From assembly GCF_009914755.1 (NCBI RefSeq), contig NC_060944.1: 64,000 nucleotides of DNA, one strand, 5' to 3'. Made by a program: the position numbers and the translations under genes. Origin of the DNA: the human T2T-CHM13v2.0 reference genome, Homo sapiens. The notes below the pieces were generated by a model. It saw nothing but the letters and a program-made list of their open reading frames with translations. It ran no database searches and had not been told where the DNA came from. This document shows, one piece after another, positions 11,501-24,129 of this stretch (the first letter of the stretch is position 1; each line of letters begins with the position of its first letter).

Positions 11501-14500
11501 TGTGGACATTTGGATCGCTTTCAGGCCTATGGTGAAAAAGGAAATATCTTCCCATGAAAACTAGACAGAAGCATTCTCAGAAACTTATTTGTGATGTGTG
11601 CCCTCAACTGACAGTGTTGAACCTTTGTTTTGATAGAGCAGTTCTGAAACACACTTTTTGTAAAATCTGCAAGAGGATATTTGGATAGCTTTGAGGATTT
11701 CGTTGGAAACGGGAATGTCTTCATGTAAACTCTGGACAGAAGCATTCTCAGAAACTGCTTTGGGATGTTTCAATTGAAGTCCCAGTGTTGAACATTCCCT
11801 TTCATAGAGCAGGTTTGAAACACTCTTTTTGTACTATCTGGAAGTGGACATTTGGAGCGCTTTCAGGTCTACGGTGAAAAAGGAGATATCTTCCAATAAA
11901 AACTAGATAGAAGCAATGTCAGAACTTTTTTCATGATGTATCTACTCAGCAAACAGAGTTGAACCTTTCTTTTGAGAGAGCAGTTTTGAAACACTCTTTT
12001 TGTGGAATATGCAAGTGGGTATTAGGCCAGCTTGGAGGATTTCGTTGGAAACGGGAATACGTATAAAAAGCAGACAGCAGCATTGTCAGAAACTACTTTG
12101 TGATGTTTGCATTCAAGTCACAGAATTGAACACTCCCTTTCACAGAGCAGGTTTGAAATACTCTTTTTGTAGTGTCTGTAAGTGAACATTTGGATTGCTT
12201 TCAGGCCTAAGGTGAAAAAGGAAATATCTTCCCATAAAAACTAGACAGAAGCATTCTCAGAAACTTGTTTGTGATGTGTGCCCTCTACTGACAGAGTTGA
12301 ACCTTTCTTTGCAAAGAGCAGTTTTGAAACACTCTTTTTGTAGAATCTGCAAGAGGATATTTGGATAGCTTTGAGGATTTCTTGGGAAACGGGAATGTCT
12401 TCAGATAAACTCTAGACAGAAGCATTCTCAGAAACTTCTTTGGGATGTTTCAATTGAAGTCACAGTGTTGAACATTCCCTTTCACAGAGCAGGTTTGAAA
12501 CACTCTTTTTGTAGTGTCTATAAGTGAACATTTGGCGTGCTTTCAGGCCTAACGTGAAAAAGGAAATATCTTCCCATAAAAACTAGACAGAAGCATTCTC
12601 AGAAACTTGTTCTTGATGTGTCCCCTCTACTGACAGAGTTGAACCTTTCTTTGCAAAGAGCAGCTTTGAAACACTCTTTTTGTAGAATCTGCAAGAGGAT
12701 ATTTGGATAGCTTGGAGGATTTCGTTGGAAACGGGTATGTCTTCAGATAAACTCTAGACAGAAGCATTCTCAGAAACTTCTTTGGGATGTTGCATTCAAG
12801 TCACAGAGTAGAACATTCCCATTCATAGAGCAGATTTGAAACACTCTTTTTGTAGTATCTGGAAGTGGACATTTGGAGCGCTTTCAGGCCTATGTTGAAA
12901 AAGGAAATATCTTCCCATAAAAACTAGACGGAAGCATTCTCAGAAACTTATTTGTGATGTGTTTGCTCAACTAACAGGATTGAACCATCGTTTTGAAGGA
13001 GCAGTTTTGAAACACTGTTTTCGTGGAATCTGCAAGTGGATATTTGGCTAGCTTTGAGGATTTCGTTGGAAACGGGATTACATATAAAAAGGAGACAGCA
13101 GCATTCTCAGAAACTTCTTTGTGATGTCTGCATTCAATTCACAGAGTTGAGCATTCCCTTTCATAGAGCAGGTTGGAAACACTCTTTTTGTAGTATCTGG
13201 ATGAGGACATTTGGAGCGCTTTCAGGCGTATGGTGAAACAGGAAATATCTTCCCGTAAAAACTAGACAGAAGCATTCTCAGAAGTTTATTTGTGATGTGT
13301 GCCCTCAACTAACAGAGTTGAACCTTTCTTTTGATAGAGCAGTTTTGAAACACTCTTTTTGTAAAATCTGCAAGAGGATATTTGGATAGCTTTGAGGATT
13401 TCGTTGCAAACGGGAATGGCTTCATATAAACTCTAGACAGAAGCATTCTCAGAAACTTCGTTGGGATGTTTCGATTGAAGTCCCAGTGTTGAACATTCCC
13501 TTTTATAGAGCAGGTTGGAAACACTCTTTCTGCATTCCCTGGAAGTGGACATTTGGAGCGCTTTCAGGACGACGGTGAAAATGGAAATATCTTCCAAGAA
13601 AATCTAGATAGAAGCAATGTCAGAAACTTTTATGTGATGGATCTACTCAGCTAACAGAGTTGAACCTTTCTTTTGAGAGAGCAGTTTTGCAACACTCTTT
13701 TTGTGGAATATGCAAGTGGATATTAGGGCAGCTTTGAGGATTTCGTTGGAAACGGGAATACATGTAAAAAGCAGACAGCAGCATTCTCAGAAACTTCTTT
13801 GTGATGTTTGCATTGAAGTCACAGAGTTGAACATTCCCTTTGAGAGAGCAGGTTTGAAACACGCCTTTTGTCATATCTGGAAGTGTCCATTCGGAGCGCA
13901 TTCAGGCTTGTGTTGAAAAAGGAAATATCCTCCCATAAAAACTAGACAGAAGCATTCTCAGAAACTTATCTGTGATGTATGTACTCAACTAACAGAACTA
14001 AACCATCGTTTTGAAGGAGCAGTTTTGAAACACTCTTTTTGCGGAATCTGCAAGTGGATATTTGGCTAGCTGGGAGGATTTCGTTGGAAACGGGATTACA
14101 TACAAAAAGCAGACAGCAGCATTCTCAGAAACTTCTTTGTGATGTTTGCATTCAAGTCACAGAGTTGAACATTCCCTTTCATAGAGCAGGTTTGAAACAC
14201 TCTTTTTGTAGTATCTGGATGTGGACATTTGGATCGCTTTCAGGCCTATGGTGAAAAAGGAAATATCTTCCCATGAAAACTAGACAGAAGCATTCTCAGA
14301 AACTTATTTGTGATGTGTGCCCTCAACTGACAGTGTTGAACCTTTGTTTTGATAGAGCAGTTCTGAAACACACTTTTTGTAAAATCTGCAAGAGGATATT
14401 TGGATAGCTTTGAGGATTTCGTTGGAAACGGGAATGTCTTCATGTAAACTCTGGACAGAAGCATTCTCAGAAACTGCTTTGGGATGTTTCAATTGAAGTC

Positions 14501-17500
14501 CCAGTGTTGAACATTCCCTTTCATAGAGCAGGTTTGAAACACTCTTTTTGTACTATCTGGAAGTGGACATTTGGAGCGCTTTCAGGTCTACGGTGAAAAA
14601 GGAGATATCTTCCAATAAAAACTAGATAGAAGCAATGTCAGAACTTTTTTCATGATGTATCTACTCAGCAAACAGAGTTGAACCTTTCTTTTGAGAGAGC
14701 AGTTTTGAAACACTCTTTTTGTGGAATATGCAAGTGGGTATTAGGCCAGCTTGGAGGATTTCGTTGGAAACGGGAATACGTATAAAAAGCAGACAGCAGC
14801 ATTGTCAGAAACTACTTTGTGATGTTTGCATTCAAGTCACAGAATTGAACACTCCCTTTCACAGAGCAGGTTTGAAATACTCTTTTTGTAGTGTCTGTAA
14901 GTGAACATTTGGATTGCTTTCAGGCCTAAGGTGAAAAAGGAAATATCTTCCCATAAAAACTAGACAGAAGCATTCTCAGAAACTTGTTTGTGATGTGTGC
15001 CCTCTACTGACAGAGTTGAACCTTTCTTTGCAAAGAGCAGTTTTGAAACACTCTTTTTGTAGAATCTGCAAGAGGATATTTGGATAGCTTTGAGGATTTC
15101 TTGGGAAACGGGAATGTCTTCAGATAAACTCTAGACAGAAGCATTCTCAGAAACTTCTTTGGGATGTTTCAATTGAAGTCACAGTGTTGAACATTCCCTT
15201 TCACAGAGCAGGTTTGAAACACTCTTTTTGTAGTGTCTATAAGTGAACATTTGGCGTGCTTTCAGGCCTAACGTGAAAAAGGAAATATCTTCCCATAAAA
15301 ACTAGACAGAAGCATTCTCAGAAACTTGTTCTTGATGTGTCCCCTCTACTGACAGAGTTGAACCTTTCTTTGCAAAGAGCAGCTTTGAAACACTCTTTTT
15401 GTAGAATCTGCAAGAGGATATTTGGATAGCTTGGAGGATTTCGTTGGAAACGGGTATGTCTTCAGATAAACTCTAGACAGAAGCATTCTCAGAAACTTCT
15501 TTGGGATGTTGCATTCAAGTCACAGAGTAGAACATTCCCATTCATAGAGCAGATTTGAAACACTCTTTTTGTAGTATCTGGAAGTGGACATTTGGAGCGC
15601 TTTCAGGCCTATGTTGAAAAAGGAAATATCTTCCCATAAAAACTAGACGGAAGCATTCTCAGAAACTTATTTGTGATGTGTTTGCTCAACTAACAGGATT
15701 GAACCATCGTTTTGAAGGAGCAGTTTTGAAACACTGTTTTCGTGGAATCTGCAAGTGGATATTTGGCTAGCTTTGAGGATTTCGTTGGAAACGGGATTAC
15801 ATATAAAAAGGAGACAGCAGCATTCTCAGAAACTTCTTTGTGATGTCTGCATTCAATTCACAGAGTTGAGCATTCCCTTTCATAGAGCAGGTTGGAAACA
15901 CTCTTTTTGTAGTATCTGGATGAGGACATTTGGAGCGCTTTCAGGCGTATGGTGAAAAAGGAAATATCTTCCCGTAAAAACTAGACAGAAGCATTCTCAG
16001 AAGTTTATTTGTGATGTGTGCCCTCAACTAACAGAGTTGAACCTTTCTTTTGATAGAGCAGTTTTGAAACACTCTTTTTGTAAAATCTGCAAGAGGATAT
16101 TTGGATAGCTTTGAGGATTTCGTTGCAAACGGGAATGGCTTCATATAAACTCTAGACAGAAGCATTCTCAGAAACTTCGTTGGGATGTTTCGATTGAAGT
16201 CCCAGTGTTGAACATTCCCTTTTATAGAGCAGGTTGGAAACACTCTTTCTGCATTCCCTGGAAGTGGACATTTGGAGCGCTTTCAGGACGACGGTGAAAA
16301 TGGAAATATCTTCCAAGAAAATCTAGATAGAAGCAATGTCAGAAACTTTTATGTGATGGATCTACTCAGCTAACAGAGTTGAACCTTTCTTTTGAGAGAG
16401 CAGTTTTGCAACACTCTTTTTGTGGAATATGCAAGTGGATATTAGGGCAGCTTTGAGGATTTCGTTGGAAACGGGAATACATGTAAAAAGCAGACAGCAG
16501 CATTCTCAGAAACTTCTTTGTGATGTTTGCATTGAAGTCACAGAGTTGAACATTCCCTTTGAGAGAGCAGGTTTGAAACACGCCTTTTGTCATATCTGGA
16601 AGTGTCCATTCGGAGCGCATTCAGGCTTGTGTTGAAAAAGGAAATATCCTCCCATAAAAACTAGACAGAAGCATTCTCAGAAACTTATCTGTGATGTATG
16701 TACTCAACTAACAGAACTAAACCATCGTTTTGAAGGAGCAGTTTTGAAACACTCTTTTTGCGGAATCTGCAAGTGGATATTTGGCTAGCTGGGAGGATTT
16801 CGTTGGAAACGGGATTACATACAAAAAGCAGACAGCAGCATTCTCAGAAACTTCTTTGTGATGTTTGCATTCAAGTCACAGAGTTGAACATTCCCTTTCA
16901 TAGAGCAGGTTTGAAACACTCTTTTTGTAGTATCTGGATGTGGACATTTGGATCGCTTTCAGGCCTATGGTGAAAAAGGAAATATCTTCCCATGAAAACT
17001 AGACAGAAGCATTCTCAGAAACTTATTTGTGATGTGTGCCCTCAACTGACAGTGTTGAACCTTTGTTTTGATAGAGCAGTTCTGAAACACACTTTTTGTA
17101 AAATCTGCAAGAGGATATTTGGATAGCTTTGAGGATTTCGTTGGAAACGGGAATGTCTTCATGTAAACTCTAGACAGAAGCATTCTCAGAAACTGCTTTG
17201 GGATGTTTCAATTGAAGTCCCAGTGTTGAACATTCCCTTTCATAGAGCAGGTTTGAAACACTCTTTTTGTACTATCTGGAAGTGGACAGTTGGAGCGCTT
17301 TCAGGTCTACGGTGAAAAAGGAGATATCTTCCAATAAAAACTAGATAGAAGCAATGTCAGAACTTTTTTCATGATGTATCTACTCAGCAAACAGAGTTGA
17401 ACCTTTCTTTTGAGAGAGCAGTTTTGAAACACTCTTTTTGTGGAATATGCAAGTGGGTATTAGGCCAGCTTGGAGGATTTCGTTGGAAACGGGAATATGT

Positions 17501-19033
17501 ATAAAAAGCAGACAGCAGCATTGTCAGAAACTACTTTGTGATGTTTGCATTCAAGTCACAGAATTGAACACTCCCTTTCACAGAGCAGGTTTGAAACACT
17601 CTTTTTGTAGTGTCTGTAAGTGAACATTTGGATTGCTTTCAGGCCTAAGGTGAAAAAGGAAATATCTTCCCATAAAAACTAGACAGAAGCATTCTCAGAA
17701 ACTTGTTTGTGATGTGTGCCCTCTACTGACAGAGTTGAACCTTTCTTTGCAAAGAGCAGTTTTGAAACACTCTTTTTGTAGAATCTGCAAGAGGATATTT
17801 GGATAGCTTTGAGGATTTCTTGGGAAACGGGAATGTCTTCAGATAAACTCTAGACAGAAGCATTCTCAGAAACTTCTTTGGGATGTTTCAATTGAAGTCA
17901 CAGTGTTGAACATTCCCTTTCACAGAGCAGGTTTGAAACACTCTTTTTGTAGTGTCTATAAGTGAACATTTGGCGTGCTTTCAGGCCTAACGTGAAAAAG
18001 GAAATATCTTCCCATAAAAACTAGACAGAAGCATTCTCAGAAACTTGTTCGTGATGTGTGCCCTCTACTGACAGAGTTGAACCTTTCTTTGCAAAGAGCA
18101 GCTTTGAAACACACTTTTTGTAGAATCTGCAAGAGGATATTTGGATAGCTTGGAGGATTTCGTTGGAAACGGGTATGTCTTCAGATAAACTCTAGACAGA
18201 AGCATTCTCAGAAACTTCTTTGGGATGTTGCATTCAAGTCACAGAGTAGAACATTCCCATTCATAGAGCAGATTTGAAACACTCTTTTTGTAGTATCTGG
18301 AAGTGGACATTTGGAGCGCTTTCAGGCCTATGTTGAAAAAGGAAATATCTTCCCATAAAAACTAGACGGAAGCATTCTCAGAAACTTATTTGTGATGTGT
18401 TTGCTCAACTAACAGGATTGAACCATCGTTTTGAAGGAGCAGTTTTGAAACACTGTTTTCGTGGAATCTGCAAGTGGATATTTGGCTAGCTTTGAGGATT
18501 TCGTTGGAAACGGGATTACATATAAAAAGGAGACAGCAGCATTCTCAGAAACTTCTTTGTGATGTCTGCATTCAATTCACAGAGTTGAGCATTCCCTTTC
18601 ATAGAGCAGGTTGGAAACACTCTTTTTGTAGTATCTGGATGAGGACATTTGGAGCGCTTTCAGGCGTATGGTGAAAAAGGAAATATCTTCCCGTAAAAAC
18701 TAGACAGAAGCATTCTCAGAAGTTTATTTGTGATGTGTGCCCTCAACTAACAGAGTTGAACCTTTCTTTTGATAGAGCAGTTTTGAAACACTCTTTTTGT
18801 AAAATCTGCAAGAGGATATTTGGATAGCTTTGAGGATTTCGTTGCAAACGGGAATGGCTTCATATAAACTCTAGACAGAAGCATTCTCAGAAACTTCGTT
18901 GGGATGTTTCGATTGAAGTCCCAGTGTTGAACATTCCCTTTTATAGAGCAGGTTGGAAACACTCTTTCTGCATTCCCTGGAAGTGGACATTTGGAGCGCT
19001 TTCAGGACGACGGTGAAAATGGAAATATCTTCC

Positions 19034-21410
19034 AAGAAAATCTAGATAGAAGCAATGTCAGAAACTTTTATGTGATGGATCTACTCAGCTAACAGAGTTG
19101 AACCTTTCTTTTGAGAGAGCAGTTTTGCAACACTCTTTTTGTGGAATATGCAAGTGGATATTAGGGCAGCTTTGAGGATTTCGTTGGAAACGGGAATACA
19201 TGTAAAAAGCAGACAGCAGCATTCTCAGAAACTTCTTTGTGATGTTTGCATAGAAGTCACAGAGTTGAACATTCCCTTTGAGAGAGCAGGTTTGAAACAC
19301 GCCTTTTGTCATATCTGGAAGTGTCCATTCGGAGCGCATTCAGGCTTGTGTTGAAAAAGGAAATATCCTCCCATAAAAACTAGACAGAAGCATTCTCAGA
19401 AACTTATCTGTGATGTATGTACTCAACTAACAGAACTAAACCATCGTTTTGAAGGAGCAGTTTTGAAACACTCTTTTTGCGGAATCTGCAAGTGGATATT
19501 TGGCTAGCTGGGAGGATTTCGTTGGAAACGGGATTACATACAAAAAGCAGACAGCAGCATTCTCAGAAACTTCTTTGTGATGTTTGCATTCAAGTCACAG
19601 AGTTGAACATTCCCTTTCATAGAGCAGGTTTGAAACACTCTTTTTGTAGTATCTGGATGTGGACATTTGGATCGCTTTCAGGCCTATGGTGAAAAAGGAA
19701 ATATCTTCCCATAAAAACTAGACAGAAGCATTCTCAGAAACTTATTTGTGATGTGTGCCCTCAACTGACAGTGTTGAACCTTTGTTTTGATAGAGCAGTT
19801 CTGAAACACACTTTTTGTAAAATCTGCAAGAGGATATTTGGATAGCTTTGAGGATTTCGTTGGAAACGGGAATGTCTTCATGTAAACTCTGGACAGAAGC
19901 ATTCTCAGAAACTGCTTTGGGATGTTTCAATTGAAGTCCCAGTGTTGAACATTCCCTTTCATAGAGCAGGTTTGAAACACTCTTTTTGTACTATCTGGAA
20001 GTGGACATTTGGAGCGCTTTCAGGTCTACGGTGAAAAAGGAGATATCTTCCAATAAAAACTAGATAGAAGCAATGTCAGAACTTTTTTCATGATGTATCT
20101 ACTCAGCAAACAGAGTTGAACCTTTCTTTTGAGAGAGCAGTTTTGAAACACTCTTTTTGTGGAATATGCAAGTGGGTATTAGGCCAGCTTGGAGGATTTC
20201 GTTGGAAACGGGAATACGTATAAAAAGCAGACAGCAGCATTGTCAGAAACTACTTTGTGATGTTTGCATTCAAGTCACAGAATTGAACACTCCCTTTCAC
20301 AGAGCAGGTTTGAAACACTCTTTTTGTAGTGTCTGTAAGTGAACATTTGGATTGCTTTCAGGCCTAAGGTGAAAAAGGAAATATCTTCCCATAAAAACTA
20401 GACAGAAGCATTCTCAGAAACTTGTTTGTGATGTGTGCCCTCTACTGACAGAGTTGAACCTTTCTTTGCAAAGAGCAGTTTTGAAACACTCTTTTTGTAG
20501 AATCTGCAAGAGGATATTTGGATAGCTTTGAGGATTTCTTGGGAAACGGGAATGTCTTCAGATAAACTCTAGACAGAAGCATTCTCAGAAACTTCTTTGG
20601 GATGTTTCAATTGAAGTCACAGTGTTGAACATTCCCTTTCACAGAGCAGGTTTGAAACACTCTTTTTGTAGTGTCTATAAGTGAACATTTGGCGTGCTTT
20701 CAGGCCTAACGTGAAAAAGGAAATATCTTCCCATAAAAACTAGACAGAAGCATTCTCAGAAACTTGTTCGTGATGTGTGCCCTCTACTGACAGAGTTGAA
20801 CCTTTCTTTGCAAAGAGCAGCTTTGAAACACACTTTTTGTAGAATCTGCAAGAGGATATTTGGATAGCTTTGAGGATTTCGTTGGAAACGGGTATGTCTT
20901 CAGATAAACTCTAGACAGAAGCATTCTCAGAAACTTCTTTGGGATGTTGCATTCAAGTCACAGAGTAGAACATTCCCATTCATAGAGCAGATTTGAAACA
21001 CTCTTTTTGTAGTATCTGGAAGTGGACATTTGGAGCGCTTTCAGGCCTATGTTGAAAAAGGAAATATCTTCCCATAAAAACTAGACGGAAGCATTCTCAG
21101 AAACTTATTTGTGATGTGTTTGCTCAACTAACAGGATTGAACCATCGTTTTGAAGGAGCAGTTTTGAAACACTGTTTTCGTGGAATCTGCAAGTGGATAT
21201 TTGGCTAGCTTTGAGGATTTCGTTGGAAACGGGATTACATATAAAAAGGAGACAGCAGCATTCTCAGAAACTTCTTTGTGATGTCTGCATTCAATTCACA
21301 GAGTTGAGCATTCCCTTTCATAGAGCAGGTTGGAAACACTCTTTCTGCATTCCCTGGAAGTGGACATTTGGAGCGCTTTCAGGACGACGGTGAAAATGGA
21401 AATATCTTCC
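19034..21410 (+). repeat. 14-mer HOR variant (copy 8), 2377 bp, M14/M16 hybrid, M15 lost
   Basis: Period 342 bp short; M14 5' part (TTCACAGAGTTGAGCATTCCCTTTC) joined to M16 3' part (CTGCATTCCCTGGAAG...GGACGACGG) across 21320-21344. Confidence 0.96.
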
Positions 21411-24129
21411 AAGAAAATCTAGATAGAAGCAATGTCAGAAACTTTTATGTGATGGATCTACTCAGCTAACAGAGTTGAACCTTTCTTTTGAGAGAGCAGT
21501 TTTGCAACACTCTTTTTGTGGAATATGCAAGTGGATATTAGGGCAGCTTTGAGGATTTCGTTGGAAACGGGAATACATGTAAAAAGCAGACAGCAGCATT
21601 CTCAGAAACTTCTTTGTGATGTTTGCATTGAAGTCACAGAGTTGAACATTCCCTTTGAGAGAGCAGGTTTGAAACACGCCTTTTGTCATATCTGGAAGTG
21701 TCCATTCGGAGCGCATTCAGGCTTGTGTTGAAAAAGGAAATATCCTCCCATAAAAACTAGACAGAAGCATTCTCAGAAACTTATCTGTGATGTATGTACT
21801 CAACTGACAGAACTAAACCATCGTTTTGAAGGAGCAGTTTTGAAACACTCTTTTTGCGGAATCTGCAAGTGGATATTTGGCTAGCTGGGAGGATTTCGTT
21901 GGAAACGGGATTACATACAAAAAGCAGACAGCAGCATTCTCAGAAACTTCTTTGTGATGTTTGCATTCAAGACACAGAGTTGAACATTCCCTTTCATAGA
22001 GCAGGTTTGAAACACTCTTTTTGTAGTATCTGGATGTGGACATTTGGATCGCTTTCAGGCCTATGGTGAAAAAGGAAATATCTTCCCATGAAAACTAGAC
22101 AGAAGCATTCTCAGAAACTTATTTGTGATGTGTGCCCTCAACTGACAGTGTTGAACCTTTGTTTTGATAGAGCAGTTCTGAAACACACTTTTTGTAAAAT
22201 CTGCAAGAGGATATTTGGATAGCTTTGAGGATTTCGTTGGAAACGGGAATGTCTTCATGTAAACTCTAGACAGAAGCATTCTCAGAAACTGCTTTGGGAT
22301 GTTTCAATTGAAGTCCCAGTGTTGAACATTCCCTTTCATAGAGCAGGTTTGAAACACTCTTTTTGTACTATCTGGAAGTGGACATTTGGAGCGCTTTCAG
22401 GTCTACGGTGAAAAAGGAGATATCTTCCAATAAAAACTAGATAGAAGCAATGTCAGAACTTTTTTCATGATGTATCTACTCAGCAAACAGAGTTGAACCT
22501 TTCTTTTGAGAGAGCAGTTTTGAAACACTCTTTTTGTGGAATATGCAAGTGGGTATTAGGCCAGCTTGGAGGATTTCGTTGGAAACGGGAATACGTATAA
22601 AAAGCAGACAGCAGCATTGTCAGAAACTACTTTGTGATGTTTGCATTCAAGTCACAGAATTGAACACTCCCTTTCACAGAGCAGGTTTGAAACACTCTTT
22701 TTGTAGTGTCTGTAAGTGAACATTTGGATTGCTTTCAGGCCTAAGGTGAAAAAGGAAATATCTTCCCATAAAAACTAGACAGAAGCATTCTCAGAAACTT
22801 GTTTGTGATGTGTGCCCTCTACTGACAGAGTTGAACCTTTCTTTGCAAAGAGCAGTTTTGAAACACTCTTTTTGTAGAATCTGCAAGAGGATATTTGGAT
22901 AGCTTTGAGGATTTCTTGGGAAACGGGAATGTCTTCAGATAAACTCTAGACAGAAGCATTCTCAGAAACTTCTTTGGGATGTTTCAATTGAAGTCACAGT
23001 GTTGAACATTCCCTTTCACAGAGCAGGTTTGAAACACTCTTTTTGTAGTGTCTATAAGTGAACATTTGGCGTGCTTTCAGGCCTAACGTGAAAAAGGAAA
23101 TATCTTCCCATAAAAACTAGACAGAAGCATTCTTAGAAACTTGTTCGTGATGTGTGCCCTCTACTGACAGAGTTGAACCTTTCTTTGCAAAGAGCAGCTT
23201 TGAAACACACTTTTTGTAGAATCTGCAAGAGGATATTTGGATAGCTTTGAGGATTTCGTTGGAAACGGGTATGTCTTCAGATAAACTCTAGACAGAAGCA
23301 TTCTCAGAAACTTCTTTGGGATGTTGCATTCAAGTCACAGAGTAGAACATTCCCATTCATAGAGCAGATTTGAAACACTCTTTTTGTAGTATCTGGAAGT
23401 GGACATTTGGAGCGCTTTCAGGCCTATGTTGAAAAAGGAAATATCTTCCCATAAAAACTAGACGGAAGCATTCTCAGAAACTTATTTGTGATGTGTTTGC
23501 TCAACTAACAGGATTGAACCATCGTTTTGAAGGAGCAGTTTTGAAACACTGTTTTCGTGGAATCTGCAAGTGGATATTTGGCTAGCTTTGAGGATTTCGT
23601 TGGAAACGGGATTACATATAAAAAGGAGACAGCAGCATTCTCAGAAACTTCTTTGTGATGTCTGCATTCAATTCACAGAGTTGAGCATTCCCTTTCATAG
23701 AGCAGGTTGGAAACACTCTTTTTGTAGTATCTGGATGAGGACATTTGGAGCGCTTTCAGGCGTATGGTGAAAAAGGAAATATCTTCCCGTAAAAACTAGA
23801 CAGAAGCATTCTCAGAAGTTTATTTGTGATGTGTGCCCTCAACTAACAGAGTTGAACCTTTCTTTTGATAGAGCAGTTTTGAAACACTCTTTTTGTAAAA
23901 TCTGCAAGAGGATATTTGGATAGCTTTGAGGATTTCGTTGCAAACGGGAATGGCTTCATATAAACTCTAGACAGAAGCATTCTCAGAAACTTCGTTGGGA
24001 TGTTTCGATTGAAGTCCCAGTGTTGAACATTCCCTTTTATAGAGCAGGTTGGAAACACTCTTTCTGCATTCCCTGGAAGTGGACATTTGGAGCGCTTTCA
24101 GGACGACGGTGAAAATGGAAATATCTTCC
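21411..24129 (+). repeat. HOR copy 9, 16-mer
   Basis: 2719-bp period. Confidence 0.95.

Larger units (their letters stand above)
1..19033 (+). repeat. HOR copies 1-7, full-length 16-mers
   Basis: Seven exact 2719-bp periods of AAGAAAATCTAGATAGAAGCAA. Confidence 0.97.
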
